Assembly: GCA_964016885.1 (NCBI GenBank)
Contig: OZ024743.1
Coordinates: 133,300,001 to 133,364,000 of the forward strand
DNA length: 64,000 nucleotides
Reading direction: 5' to 3'
Origin: Eledone cirrhosa
Lineage: Eukaryota
Of the stretch, positions 1 to 11,200 are shown piece after piece. The notes under the pieces were generated by a model. That model was not told the origin of the DNA. It was given only the letters and a program-made list of their open reading frames with translations, and searched no databases. The position numbers were made by a program, and so were the translations under genes. Numbering within the stretch: position 1 is the stretch's first letter; each line of letters opens with the position of its first letter.

Positions 1-239
1 TGGTGCATGGTGCTTGGTGTTTGTTGTTTGGTGCTTGGTGCTTGGTGTTTGGTGCTTGGTGCTTGCTGTTTGGTGTTTGGTGTTTGGTGCTTGGTGCTTG
101 GTGTTTGGTGCTTGGTGTTTGGTTCTTGGTGTATGTACTTGGTGCTTGGTGCTTGGTGTTTGGTGCTTGGTTCTTGGTGTTTGGTGCTTGGTGTTTGGTG
201 TTTGGTGCTTGGTGTTTGGTGCTTGGTGCTTGGTGCTTG

Positions 240-3200
240 GTGTTAAGTGTTTGGTGCATGGTGCTTGGTGTTTGGTGCTTCGTGCTTGGTGCTTGGTGTT
301 TGGTGCATGGTGCTTGATGTTTGGGGCTTGGTGCCTGGTGCTTGGTGTTTGGTGCTTGGTGCTTGGTGCTTGGTGTTTGGTGTTTGGTGCTTGGTGCTTG
401 GTGTTTGGTGCTTGGTGTTTGGTGCTTGGTGTTCGGTGCTTGGTGCTTGGTGCTTGGTACTTGGTGTTAGGTTTTTGGTGCTTGGGGCTTGGTGTTTGGT
501 GTTTGGTGCTTGGTGCTTGGTGTTTGGTGTTTGGTGCTTGGTGTTTGGTGCTTGGTGCTTTGTGCTTGGTGTTTGGTGCTGGGTGTATGGTGTTTGGTGC
601 TTGGTGCTTGGTGCTTGGTGTTTGGTGTTTGGTGCTTGGTACTTGGTGTTTGGTGTTTGATGCTTGGTGTTTGATGCTTGTTGCTTGGTGCTTGGTGTTT
701 TGTGTTTGGTGTTTGGTGCTTGGTGTTTGGTGCTTGGTGCTTGGTGTTTGGTGCTTGGTGTTTGGCGTTTGGTGCTTGGTGTTTGTTACTTGGTGCTTGG
801 TGCTTGGTGTTAAGTGTTTGGTGCTTGGTGCTTGGTGTTTGGTGCTTCGTGCTTGGTGCTTGGTGTTTGGTGCATGGTGCTTGGTGTTTGAGGCTTGGTG
901 CCTGGTGATTTGTGTTTGGTGCTAGGTGCTTGGTGCTTGGTCTTTGGTGTTTGGTGTTGGTGCTTGGTGCTTGGTGTTTGGTGCTTGGTGATTGGTGCTT
1001 GGTGCTTGGTTATTAGTGTTTGGTGCTTGGTGGTTGTGGTTTGGTGTTTGGTGCTTGGTGCTTGGTGTTTGGTGTTTGCTGTATGGTGTTTGCTGTTTCG
1101 TGTTTGGTGTTTGCTGTTTGGTGTTTAATGCTTGGTGCATGGTGTTTGGTGTTTGGTGTTTGGTGTTTGCTGTTTGGTGCTTGCTGTTTGGTGCTTGGTG
1201 CTTGGTGTTTGGTGTTTGGTGTTTGGTGCTTGGTGCTTGGTGTTTGGTGCTTGGTGCTTGGTGCTGGGTGTTTGGTGCTTGGTGCTTGGTGTTTGGTGCT
1301 TGGTGCTTGATGCTTGGTGCTTGGTGTTTGTTGTTTGGTGCTTGGTGCTTGGTGTTTGGTGCTTGGTGCTTGCTGTTTGGTGTTTGGTGTTTGGTGCTTG
1401 GTGCTTGGTCTTTGGTGTTTGGTGTTTGGTGTTTGGTGCTAGGTGCTTGGTGTTTGGTGCTTGGTGTTTGGTGCTTGGTGTTCGGTGCTTGGTGCTTGGT
1501 GTTTGGTGCTTGGTGCTAGGTATTTGGTGTTTGGTGCTTGGTGTTTGGTGTTTGGTGCTTTGTGCTTGGTGTTTGGTGCTGGGTGTATGGTGTTTGGTGC
1601 TTGGTGCTTGGTGCTTGGTGTTTGGTGTTTGGTGCTTGGTACTTGGTGTTTGGTGTTTGATGCTTGGTGTTTGATGCTTGTTGCTTGGTGCTTGGTGTTT
1701 TGTGTTTGGTGTTTGGTGCTTGGTGTATGTACTTGGTGCTTGGTGCTTGGTGTTTGGTGCTTGGTTCTTGGTGTTTGGTGCTTGGTGCTTGGTGCTTGGT
1801 GTTTGGTGCTTGGTGCTTGGTGTTTGGTGCTTGGTGTTTGGTGTTTGGTGCTTGGTGTTTGGTACTTGGTGCTTGGTGCTTGGTTTTAAGTGTTTAGTGC
1901 TTGGTGCTTTGTGTTTGGTGCTTCGTGCTTGGTGCTTGGTGTTTGGTGCATGGTGCTTGGTGTTTGGGGCTTGGTGCCTGGTGCTTTGTGTTTGGTGCTA
2001 GGAGCTTGGTGCTTGGTCTTTGGTGCTTGGTGCTTGGTGCTTGGTGCTTGGTGTTTGGTGCTTGGTGCTTGGTGCTTGGTTATTAGTGTTTGGTGCTTGG
2101 TGCTTGGGGTTTGGTGTTTGGTGCTTGGTGCTTGGTGTTTGGTGTTTGCTGTATGGTGTTTGCTGTTTGGTGTTTGGTGTTTGCTGTTTGGTGTTTAATG
2201 CTTGGTGCTTGGTGCTTGGTGTTTGGTGGTTGGTGCTTGGTGCTTGGTGTTTGGCGTTTGCTCTTTGCTGTTTGGTGTTTGGTGCTTGCTGTTTGGTGGT
2301 TGGTGTTTGGTGTTTGGTGTTTGGTGCTTGCTGTTTGGTGCTTGGTGCTTGGTGTTTGGTGTTTGGTGTTTGGTGCTTGGTGCTTGGTGTTTGGTGGTTG
2401 GTGCTTGGTGCTGGGTGTTTGGTGCTTGTTGCTTGGTGCTTGGTGCTTGGTGCTTGGTGCTTGGTCTTTGGTGCTTGGTGTTTGGTGTTTGGTGCTTGGT
2501 GCTTGGTGTTTGGTGCTTGGGGCTTGGTGTTTGTTGCTTGGTGATTGCTGCTTGGTGTTTGGTGTTTGGTGCTTGGTGCTTGGTGCTTGGTGATTAGTGT
2601 TTGGTGCTTGGTGCTTGGTGCCTTGTGCTTGGTGCTTGGTGCTTGTTGTTTGGTGCTTGGTGCTTGGTGATTAGTGTTTGGTGCTTGGTGCTTGGTGCCT
2701 GGTGCTTGGTGCTTGTTGTTTGGTGCTTGGTGCTTGGTGATTAGTGTTTGGTGCCTGGTGCTTGGTGCTTGCTGTTTGGTGGTTGCTGTTTGGTGCTTGG
2801 TGTTTGGTGCTTGGTGCTTGGTGCTGGGTGGTTGGTGTTTGGTGCTTGGTGCTTTGTGTTTGGTGCTTGGTGCTTGGTGCTTGTTGTTTGGTGCTTGGTG
2901 CTTGGTCTTTGGTGCTTGGTGCTTGGTGTTTGGTGTTTGGTGTTTGGTGTTTCGTGCTTGGTGTCTAGTGTTTGGGTTTTGGTGTTTGGCGCTTGGTGCT
3001 TAGTGTTTGGTGTTTGGTGCTTGGTGCTTGGTGTTTGGTGTTTGGTGCTTGGTGTTTGGTGCTGGGTGCTTTGTGCTTGGTGTTTGGTGCTGGGTGTATG
3101 GTGTTTGGTGCTTGGTGCTTGGTGCTTGGTGTTTGGTGTTTGGTGCTTGGTACTTGGTGTTTGGTGTTTGATGCTTGGTGTTTGATGCTTGTTGCTTGGT

Positions 3201-5240
3201 GCTTGGTGTTTTGTGTTTGGTGTTTGGTGCTTGGTGTATGTACTTGGTGCTTGGTGCTTGGTGTTTGGTGCTTGGTTCTTGGTGTTTGGTGCTTGGTGCT
3301 TGGTCTTTGGTGCTTGGTGTTTGGTGTTTGGTGCTTGGTGTTTGGTACTTGGTGCTTGGTGCTTGGTGTTAAGTGTTTGGTGCTTGGTGCTTGGTGTTTG
3401 GTGCTTCGTGCTTGGTTCTTGGTGTTTGGTGCATGGTGCTTGGTGTTTGGGGCTTGGTGCCTGGTGATTTGTGTTTGGTGCTAGGTGCTTGGTGCTTGGT
3501 CTTTGGTGTTTGGTGCTTGGTGCTTGGTGCTTGGTGTTTGGTGCTTGGTGCTTGGTGCTTGGTTATTAGTGTTTGGTGCTTGGTGCTTGGGGTTTGGTGT
3601 TTGGTGCTTGGTGCTTGGTGTTTGGTGTTTGCTGTATGGTGTTTGCTGTTTCGTGTTTGGTGTTTGCTGTTTGGTGTTTAATGCTTGGTGCTTGGTGCTT
3701 GGTGTTTGGTGCTTGGTGCTTGGTGCTTGGTGTTTGGCGTTTGCTCTTTGCTGTTTGGTGTTTGGTGCTTGCTGTTTGGTGTTTGGTGTTTGGTGTTTGG
3801 TGTTTGGTGCTTGCTGTTTGGTGCTTGGTGCTTGGTGCTGGGTGTTTGGTGCTTGGTGCTTGATGCTTGGTGCTTGGTGTTTGGTCCTTGGGGCTTGGTG
3901 CTTGGTCTTTGGTGCTTGGGATTTGGTGTTTGGTGCATGGTGCTCGGTGTTTGGTGCTTGGTGCTTGGTGCTTGGTGTTTGGTGTTTGGTGCTTGCTGCT
4001 TGGTGCTTGGTGTTTGGTGCTTGGTCCTTGGTGATTAGTGTTTGGTACATGGTGCTTGGTGTTTGTTGTTTGGTGCTTGGTGCTTGGTGTTTGGTGCTTG
4101 GTGCTTGCTGTTTGGTGTTTGGTGTTTGGTGCTTGGTGCTTGGTGTTTGGTGCTTGGTGTTTGGTTCTTGGTGTATGTACTTGGTGCTTGGTGCTTGGTG
4201 TTTGGTGCTTGGTTCTTGGTGTTTGGTGCTTGGTGTTTGGTGCTTGGTGTTTGGTGCTTGGTGCTTGGTGTTTGGTACTTGGTGCTTGGTGTTTGGTGTT
4301 TGGTGCTTGGTGTTTGGTGCTTGGTGCTTGGTGCTTGGTGGTAAGTGTTTGGTGCATGGTGCTTGGTGTTTGGTGCTTCGTGCTGGGTGCTTGGTGTTTG
4401 GTGCATGGTGCTTGATGTTTGGGGCTTGGTGCCTGGTGCTTGGTGTTTGGTGCTTGGTGCTTGGTGCTTGGTGTTTGGTGTTTGGTGCTTGGTGCTTGGT
4501 GTTTGGTGCTTGGTGTTTGGTGATTGGTGTTCGGTGCTTGGTGGTTGGTGCTTGGTACTTGGTGTTAGGTTTTTGGTGCTTGGGGCTTGGTGTTTGGTGT
4601 TTGGTGCTTGGTGCTTGGTGTTTGGTGTTTGGTGCTTGGTGTTTGGTGCTTGGTGCTTTGTGCTTGGTGTTTGGTGCTGGGTGTATGGTGTTTGGTGCTT
4701 GGTGCTTGGTGCTTGGTGTTTGGTGTTTGGTGCTTGATACTTGGTGTTTCGTGTTTGATGCTTGGTGTTTGATGCTTGTTGCTTGGTGCTTGGTGTTTTG
4801 TGTTTGGTGTTTGGTGCTTGGTGTTTGGTGCTTGGTGCTTGGTGTTTGGTGCTTGGTGTTTGGTGTTTGGTGCTTGGTGTTTGGTACTTGGTGCTTGGTG
4901 CTTGGTGTTAAGTGTTTGGTGCTTGGTGCTTGGTGTTTGGTGCTTCGTGCTTGGTGCTTGGTGTTTGGTGCATGGTGCTTGGTGTTTGAGGCTTGGTGCC
5001 TGGTGCTTTGTGTTTGGTGCTAGGTGCTTGGTGCTTGGTCTTTGGTGTTTGGTGTTGGTGCTTGGTGCTTGGTGTTTGGTGCTTGGTGATTGGTGCTTGG
5101 TGCTTGGTTATTAGTGTTTGGTGCTTGTTGCTTGGGGTTTGGTGTTTGGTGCTTGGTGCTTGGTGTTTGGTGTTTGCTGTATGGTGTTTGCTGTTTCGTG
5201 TTTGGTGTTTGCTGTTTGGTGTTTAATGCTTGGTGCTTGG
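240..5240. repeat. ~0.9-kb block at 240-1140 repeated at 4340-5240 (offset 4098)
   Basis: Offsets 247->4345, 489->4587, 678->4776, 895->4993, 1020->5118 and 1132->5230 are all 4098. Confidence 0.85.
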
Positions 5241-6925
5241 TGCATGGTGTTTGGTGCTTGGTGCTTGGTGCTTGGTGTTTGGCGTTTGCTCTTTGCTGTT
5301 TGGTGTTTGGTGCTTGCTGTTTGGTGTTTGGTGTTTGGTGTTTGGTGTTTGGTGCTTGCTGTTTGGTGCTTGCTGTTTGGTGCTTGGTGCTTGGTGTTTG
5401 GTGTTTGGTGTTTGGTGCTTGGTGCTTGGTGTTTGGTGCTTGGTGCTTGGTGCTGGGGGTTTGGTGCTTGGTGCTTGGTGTTTGGTGCTTGGTGCTTGAT
5501 GCTTGGTGCTTGGTGTTTGGTGCTTGGTGCTTGCTGTTTGGTGTTTGGTGTTTGGTGCTTGGTGCTTGGTGTTTGGTGCTTGGTGTTTGGTTCTTGGTGT
5601 ATGTACTTGGTGCTTGGTGCTTGGTGTTTGGTGCTTGGTTCTTGGTGTTTGGTGCTTGGTGTTTGGTGCTTGGTGTTTGGTGCTTGGTGCTTGGTGTTTG
5701 GTACTTGGTGCTTGGTGTTTGGTGTTTGGTGCTTGGTGTTTGGTGCTTGGTGCTTGGTGCTTGGTGGTAAGTGTTTGGTGCATGGTGCTTGGTGTTTGGT
5801 GCTTCGTGCTGGGTGCTTGGTGTTTGGTGCATGGTGCTTGATGTTTGGGGCTTGGTGCCTGGTGCTTGGTGTTTGGTGCTTGGTGCTTGGTGCTTGGTGT
5901 TTGGTGTTTGGTGCTTGGTGCTTGGTGTTTGGTGCTTGGTGTTTGGTGATTGGTGTTCGGTGCTTGGTGGTTGGTGCTTGGTACTTGGTGTTAGGTTTTT
6001 GGTGCTTGGGGCTTGGTGTTTGGTGTTTGGTGCTTGGTGCTTGGTGTTTGGTGTTTGGTGCTTGGTGTTTGGTGCTTGGTGCTTTGTGCTTGGTGTTTGG
6101 TGCTGGGTGTATGGTGTTTGGTGCTTGGTGCTTGGTGCTTGGTGTTTGGTGTTTGGTGCTTGATACTTGGTGTTTCGTGTTTGATGCTTGGTGTTTGATG
6201 CTTGTTGCTTGGTGCTTGGTGTTTTGTGTTTGGTGTTTGGTGCTTGGTGTTTGGTGCTTGGTGCTTGGTGTTTGGTGCTTGGTGTTTGGTGTTTGGTGCT
6301 TGGTGTTTGGTACTTGGTGCTTGGTGCTTGGTGTTAAGTGTTTGGTGCTTGGTGCTTGGTGTTTGGTGCTTCGTGCTTGGTGCTTGGTGTTTGGTGCATG
6401 GTGCTTGGTGTTTGAGGCTTGGTGCCTGGTGCTTTGTGTTTGGTGCTAGGTGCTTGGTGCTTGGTCTTTGGTGTTTGGTGTTGGTGCTTGGTGCTTGGTG
6501 TTTGGTGCTTGGTGATTGGTGCTTGGTGCTTGGTTATTAGTGTTTGGTGCTTGTTGCTTGGGGTTTGGTGTTTGGTGCTTGGTGCTTGGTGTTTGGTGTT
6601 TGCTGTATGGTGTTTGCTGTTTCGTGTTTGGTGTTTGCTGTTTGGTGTTTAATGCTTGGTGCTTGGTGCATGGTGTTTGGTGCTTGGTGCTTGGTGCTTG
6701 GTGTTTGGCGTTTGCTCTTTGCTGTTTGGTGTTTGGTGCTTGCTGTTTGGTGTTTGGTGTTTGGTGTTTGGTGTTTGGTGCTTGCTGTTTGGTGCTTGCT
6801 GTTTGGTGCTTGGTGCTTGGTGTTTGGTGTTTGGTGTTTGGTGCTTGGTGCTTGGTGTTTGGTGCTTGGTGCTTGGTGCTGGGGGTTTGGTGCTTGGTGC
6901 TTGGTGTTTGGTGCTTGGTGCTTGA
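4074..6925. repeat. Near-identical 1426-bp tandem duplication (204 monomers, two of them 6 bp)
   Basis: Offsets 4345->5771, 4587->6013, 4776->6202, 4993->6419 and 5230->6656 are all 1426. Both copies share rare variants such as GGTGGTAAG (about 4337/5763) and GATACTTGGTGTTTCG. Confidence 0.93.
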
Positions 6926-8269
6926 TGCTTGGTGCTTGGTGTTTGGTCCTTGGGGCTTGGTGCTTGGTCTTTGGTGCTTGGGATTTGGTGTTTGGTGCAT
7001 GGTGCTCGGTGTTTGGTGCTTGGTGCGTGGTGCTTGGTGTTTGGTGTTTGGTGCTTGCTGCTTGGTGCTTGGTGTTTGGTGCTTGGTGCTTGGTGATTAG
7101 TGTTTGGTGCATGGTGCTTGGTGTTTGTTGTTTGGTGCTTGGTGCTTGGTGTTTGGTGCTTGGTGCTTGCTGTTTGGTGTTTGGTGTTTGGTGCTTGGTG
7201 CTTGGTCTTTGGTGTTTGGTGTTTGGTGTTTGGTGCATGGTGCTTGGTGTTTGGTGCTTGGTGTTTGGTGCTTGGTGTATGTGCTTGGTGCTTGGTGCTT
7301 GGTGCTTGGTTCTTGGTGTTTGGTGCTTGGTGTTTGGTGCTTGGTGTTTGGTGCTTGGTGCTTGGTGTTTGGTACTTGGTGCTTGGTGTTTGGTGTTTGG
7401 TGCTTGGTGTTTGGTGCTTGGTGCTTGGTGCTTGGTGTTAAGTCTTTGGTGCTTGGTGCTTGGTCTTTGGTGTTTGGTGTTTGGTGTTTGGTGCATGGTG
7501 CTTGATGTTTGGGGCTTGGTGCCTGGTGCTTGGAGTTTGGTGCTTGGTGCTTGGTGCTTGGTGTTTGGTGTTTGGTGCTTGGTGCTTGGTGTTTGGTGCT
7601 TGGTGTTTGGTGCTTGGTGTTCGGTGATTGGTGCTTGGTGCTTGGTACTTGGTGTTAGGTTTTTGGTGCTTGGGGCTTGGTGTTTGGTGTTTGGTGCTTG
7701 GTGCTTGGTGTTTGGTGTTTGGTGCTTGGTGTTTGGTGCTTGGTGCTTTGTGCTTGGTGTTTGGTGCTGGGTGTATGGTGTTTGGTGCTTGGTGCTTGGT
7801 GCTTGGTGTTTGGTATTTGGTGCTTGGTACTTGGTGTTTGGTGTTTGATGCTTGGTGTTTGATGCTTGTTGATTGGTGCTTGGTGTTTTGTGTTTGGTGT
7901 TTGGTGCTTGGTGTATGTACTTGGTGCTTGGTGCTTGGTGTTTGATGCTTGGTTCTTGGTGTTTGGTGCTTGGTGCTTGGTGCTTGGTGTTTGGTGCTTG
8001 GTGCTTGGTGTTTGGTGCTTGGTGTTTGGTGTTTGGTGCTTGGTGTTTGGTACTTGGTGCTTGGTGCTTGGTGTTAAGTGTTTGGTGCTTGGTGCTTGGT
8101 GTTTGGTGCTTCGTGCTTGGTGCTTGGTGTTTGAGGCTTGGTGCCTGGTGCTTTGTGTTTGGTGCTAGGTGCTTGGTGCTTGGGGTTTGGTGTTTGGTGC
8201 TTGGTGCTTGGTGTTTGGCGTTTGCTCTTTGCTTTTTGGTGTTTGGTGCTTGCTGTTTGGTGTTTGGTG

Positions 8270-11200
8270 TTTGCTGTATGGTGTTTGCTGTTTCGTGTTT
8301 GGTGTTTGCTGTTTGGTGTTTAATGCTTGGTGCTTGGTGCTTGGTGTTTGGTGCTTGGTGCTTGGTGCTTGGTGCTTGGCGTTTGCTCTTTGCTTTTTGG
8401 TGTTTGGTGCTTGCTGTTTGGTGTTTGGTGTTTGGTGTTTGGTGTTTGGTGCTTGCTGTTTGGTGCTTGGTGCTTGGTGTTTGGTGTTTGGTGCTTGGTG
8501 CTTGGTGTTTGGTGCTTGGTGCTTGGTGCTGGGTGTTTGGTGCTTGTTGCTTGGAGTTTGGTGCTTGGTGCTTGATGTTTGGTGCTTGGTGTTTGGTCCT
8601 TGGTGCTTGGTGCTTGGTCTTTGGTGCTTGGGGTTTGGTGTTTGGTGCTTGGTGCTTGGTGTTTGGTGTTTGGTGCTTGCTGCTTGGTGCTTGGTGTTTG
8701 GTGCTTGGTGCTTGGTGATTAGTGTTTGTTGCATGGTGCTTGGTGTTTGTTGTTTGGTGCTTGGTGCTTGGTGTTTGGTGCTTGGTGCTTGCTGTTTGGT
8801 GTTTGGTGTTTGGTGCTTGGTGCTTGGTGTTTGGTGTTTGATGTTTGGTGTTTGGTGTTTGGTGCTTGGTGCTTGGTGTTTGGTGCTTGGTATTTGGTGC
8901 TTGGTGTATGTACTTGGTGCTTGGTGCTTGGTGTTTGGTGCTTGGTTCTTGGTGTTTGGTGCTTGGTGCTTGGTGCTTGGTGTTTGGTGCTTGGTGCTTG
9001 GTGTTTGGTACTTGGTGCTTGGTGTTTGGTGTTTGGTGCTTGGTGTTTGGTGCTTGGTGCTTGGTGCTTGGTGTTAAGTGTTTGGTGCTTGGTGCTTGGT
9101 GTTTGGTGCTTCGTGCTTGGTGCTTGGTGTTTGGTGCTTGGTGCTTGGTGTTTGGTGCTTGGTGCTTGGTGTTTGGTACTTGGTGCTTGGTGTTTGGTGT
9201 TTGGTGCTTGGTGTTTGGTGCTTGGTGCTTGGTGCTTGGTGTTAAGTGTTTGGTGCTTGGTGCTTGGTGTTTGGTGCTTCGTGCTTGGTGTTTGGTGTTT
9301 GGTGCTAGGTGCTTGGTGCTTGGTGTTTGGTGCTTGGTGCTTGGTGTTTGGTGCTTGGTGCTTGGGGCTTGGTGTTTGGTGCTTGCTGCTTGGTGTTTGG
9401 TGCTTGGTGCTTGGTGCTTGGTGTTTGGTGTTTGGTGTTTGGTGCTTGGTGTTTGGTGCTTGGTGCTTGGTGCTGGGTGGTTGATGTTTGGTGCTTGTTG
9501 CTTGGTGTTTGGTGCTTGGTGCTTGGTGCTTATTGTTTGGTGCTTGGTGCTTGGTGCTTGGTGCTTGGCCTTTGGTGCTTGGTGTTTGCTGTTTGGTGTT
9601 TGGTGTTTGTGCTTGGTGCTTGGTGCTTGGTGTTTGGTGCTAGGTGCTTGACGCTTGGCGTTTGGTGCTTGGTGCTTGGTGCTTGGTGATTAGTGTTTGG
9701 TGCTTGGTGCTTGGGGTTTGGTGTTTGGTATTTGCTGTTTGGTGTTTGCTGTATGGTGTTTGCTATTTTGTGTTTCGTGTTTGTTGTTTGGTGTTTGGTG
9801 CTTGGTGCTTGGTGCTTGGTGTTTCGTGCTTGGTGCTTGGTGCTTGGTGTTTGGCGTTTGCTGTTTGCTGTTTGCTGTTTGGTGTTTGCTGTTTGGTGTT
9901 TGCTGTTTGGTGTTTGGTGCTTGGTGCTTGGTGGCTGGTGTTTGGTGCTTGGTGTTTGGATTTTGGTGCTTGGTGCTTGGTGCCTGGTGTTTCGTGCTTG
10001 GTGCTTGTTGCTTGGTGTTTGGTGTTTGGTGCTTGGTGTTTGGTATTTGGTGCTTGGTGCTTGGTGCTTGGTGTTTGGTGCTTGGTGCTTGGTGCTTGGT
10101 GTTTGATGCTGCGTGCTTGGTGTTTGGTGTTTGGTGCTTGATGCTTGGTGTTTGTTGTTTGGAGCTTGGTGCCTGGTGCTTGTTGTTTGGTGCCTCGTGC
10201 TTGTTGTTTGGTGTTTGGTGCTTGGTGCTTGATGTTTGGTGCTTGGTGCTTGATGCTTGGTGTCTGGTGCTTGGTGCTTGGTGTTTGGTGCTTGGTGCTT
10301 GGTGTTTGGTGCTTGGTGTTTGGTGCTTGGTGCTTGGTGCTTGGTGCTTGGTGTTAGGTGTTTGGTGCTTGGTGCTTGGTGTTTGATGTTTGGTCCTTGG
10401 TGCTTGGTGTTTGGTGTTTGGTGCTTGGTGCTTGGTGTTTGGTGTTTGTTGCTTGCTGCTTGGTGCTTGGTGTTTTGTGTTTGGAGTTTGGTGTTTGGTG
10501 TTTGGTGCTTCGGTCTTGGTGCTTGGTGTTTGGTGCTTGGTGCTTGGTGTTTGGTGCTTGGTGCCTGGTGCTTGTTGTTTGGTGCTTGGTGCTTGGTGTT
10601 TGATGATTGGTGCTTGGTGTTTGGTGCTTGGTGCTTGGTGCTTGGTGCTTGGTGTTAGGTGTTTGGTGCTTGGTGCTTGGTGTTTGATGTTTGGTCCTTG
10701 GTGCTTGGTGTTTGGTGTTTGGTGCTTCGTGCTTGGTGTTTGGTGTTTGGTGCTTGGTGCTTGGTGTTTGGTGCTTGCTGCTTGCTGCTTGGGTTTTGGT
10801 GCTTGGTGATTGGTGCTTGGTGTTTTGTGCTTGGTGCTAGGTGTTTGGTGTTTGGTGTTTGGTGCTTGGTGCTTGGTGCTTGGTGCTTGGTGCTTGGTGT
10901 TTGGTGCTGTGTGCTTGGTGTTTGGTGTCTGGAGTTTGGTGCTTGGTGCTTGGTGCCTGGTGTTTCGTGCTTGGTGCTTGGTGCTTGGTGTTTGGTGTTT
11001 GGTGCTTGGTGTTTGGTGTTTGGTACTTGGTGTTTGGTGCTTGGTGCTTGGTGCTTGTTGTTTGTTCTTGGTGCTTGGTCTTTGGTGCTTGGTGTTTGGT
11101 GTTTGGTGCTTGGTGCTTGGTGTTTGGTGCTTGGTGCTAGGTGTTTAGTGTTTGGTGCTTGGTGCTTGGTGTTTGGTGATTGGTGCTTGGTGCTTGGTGC

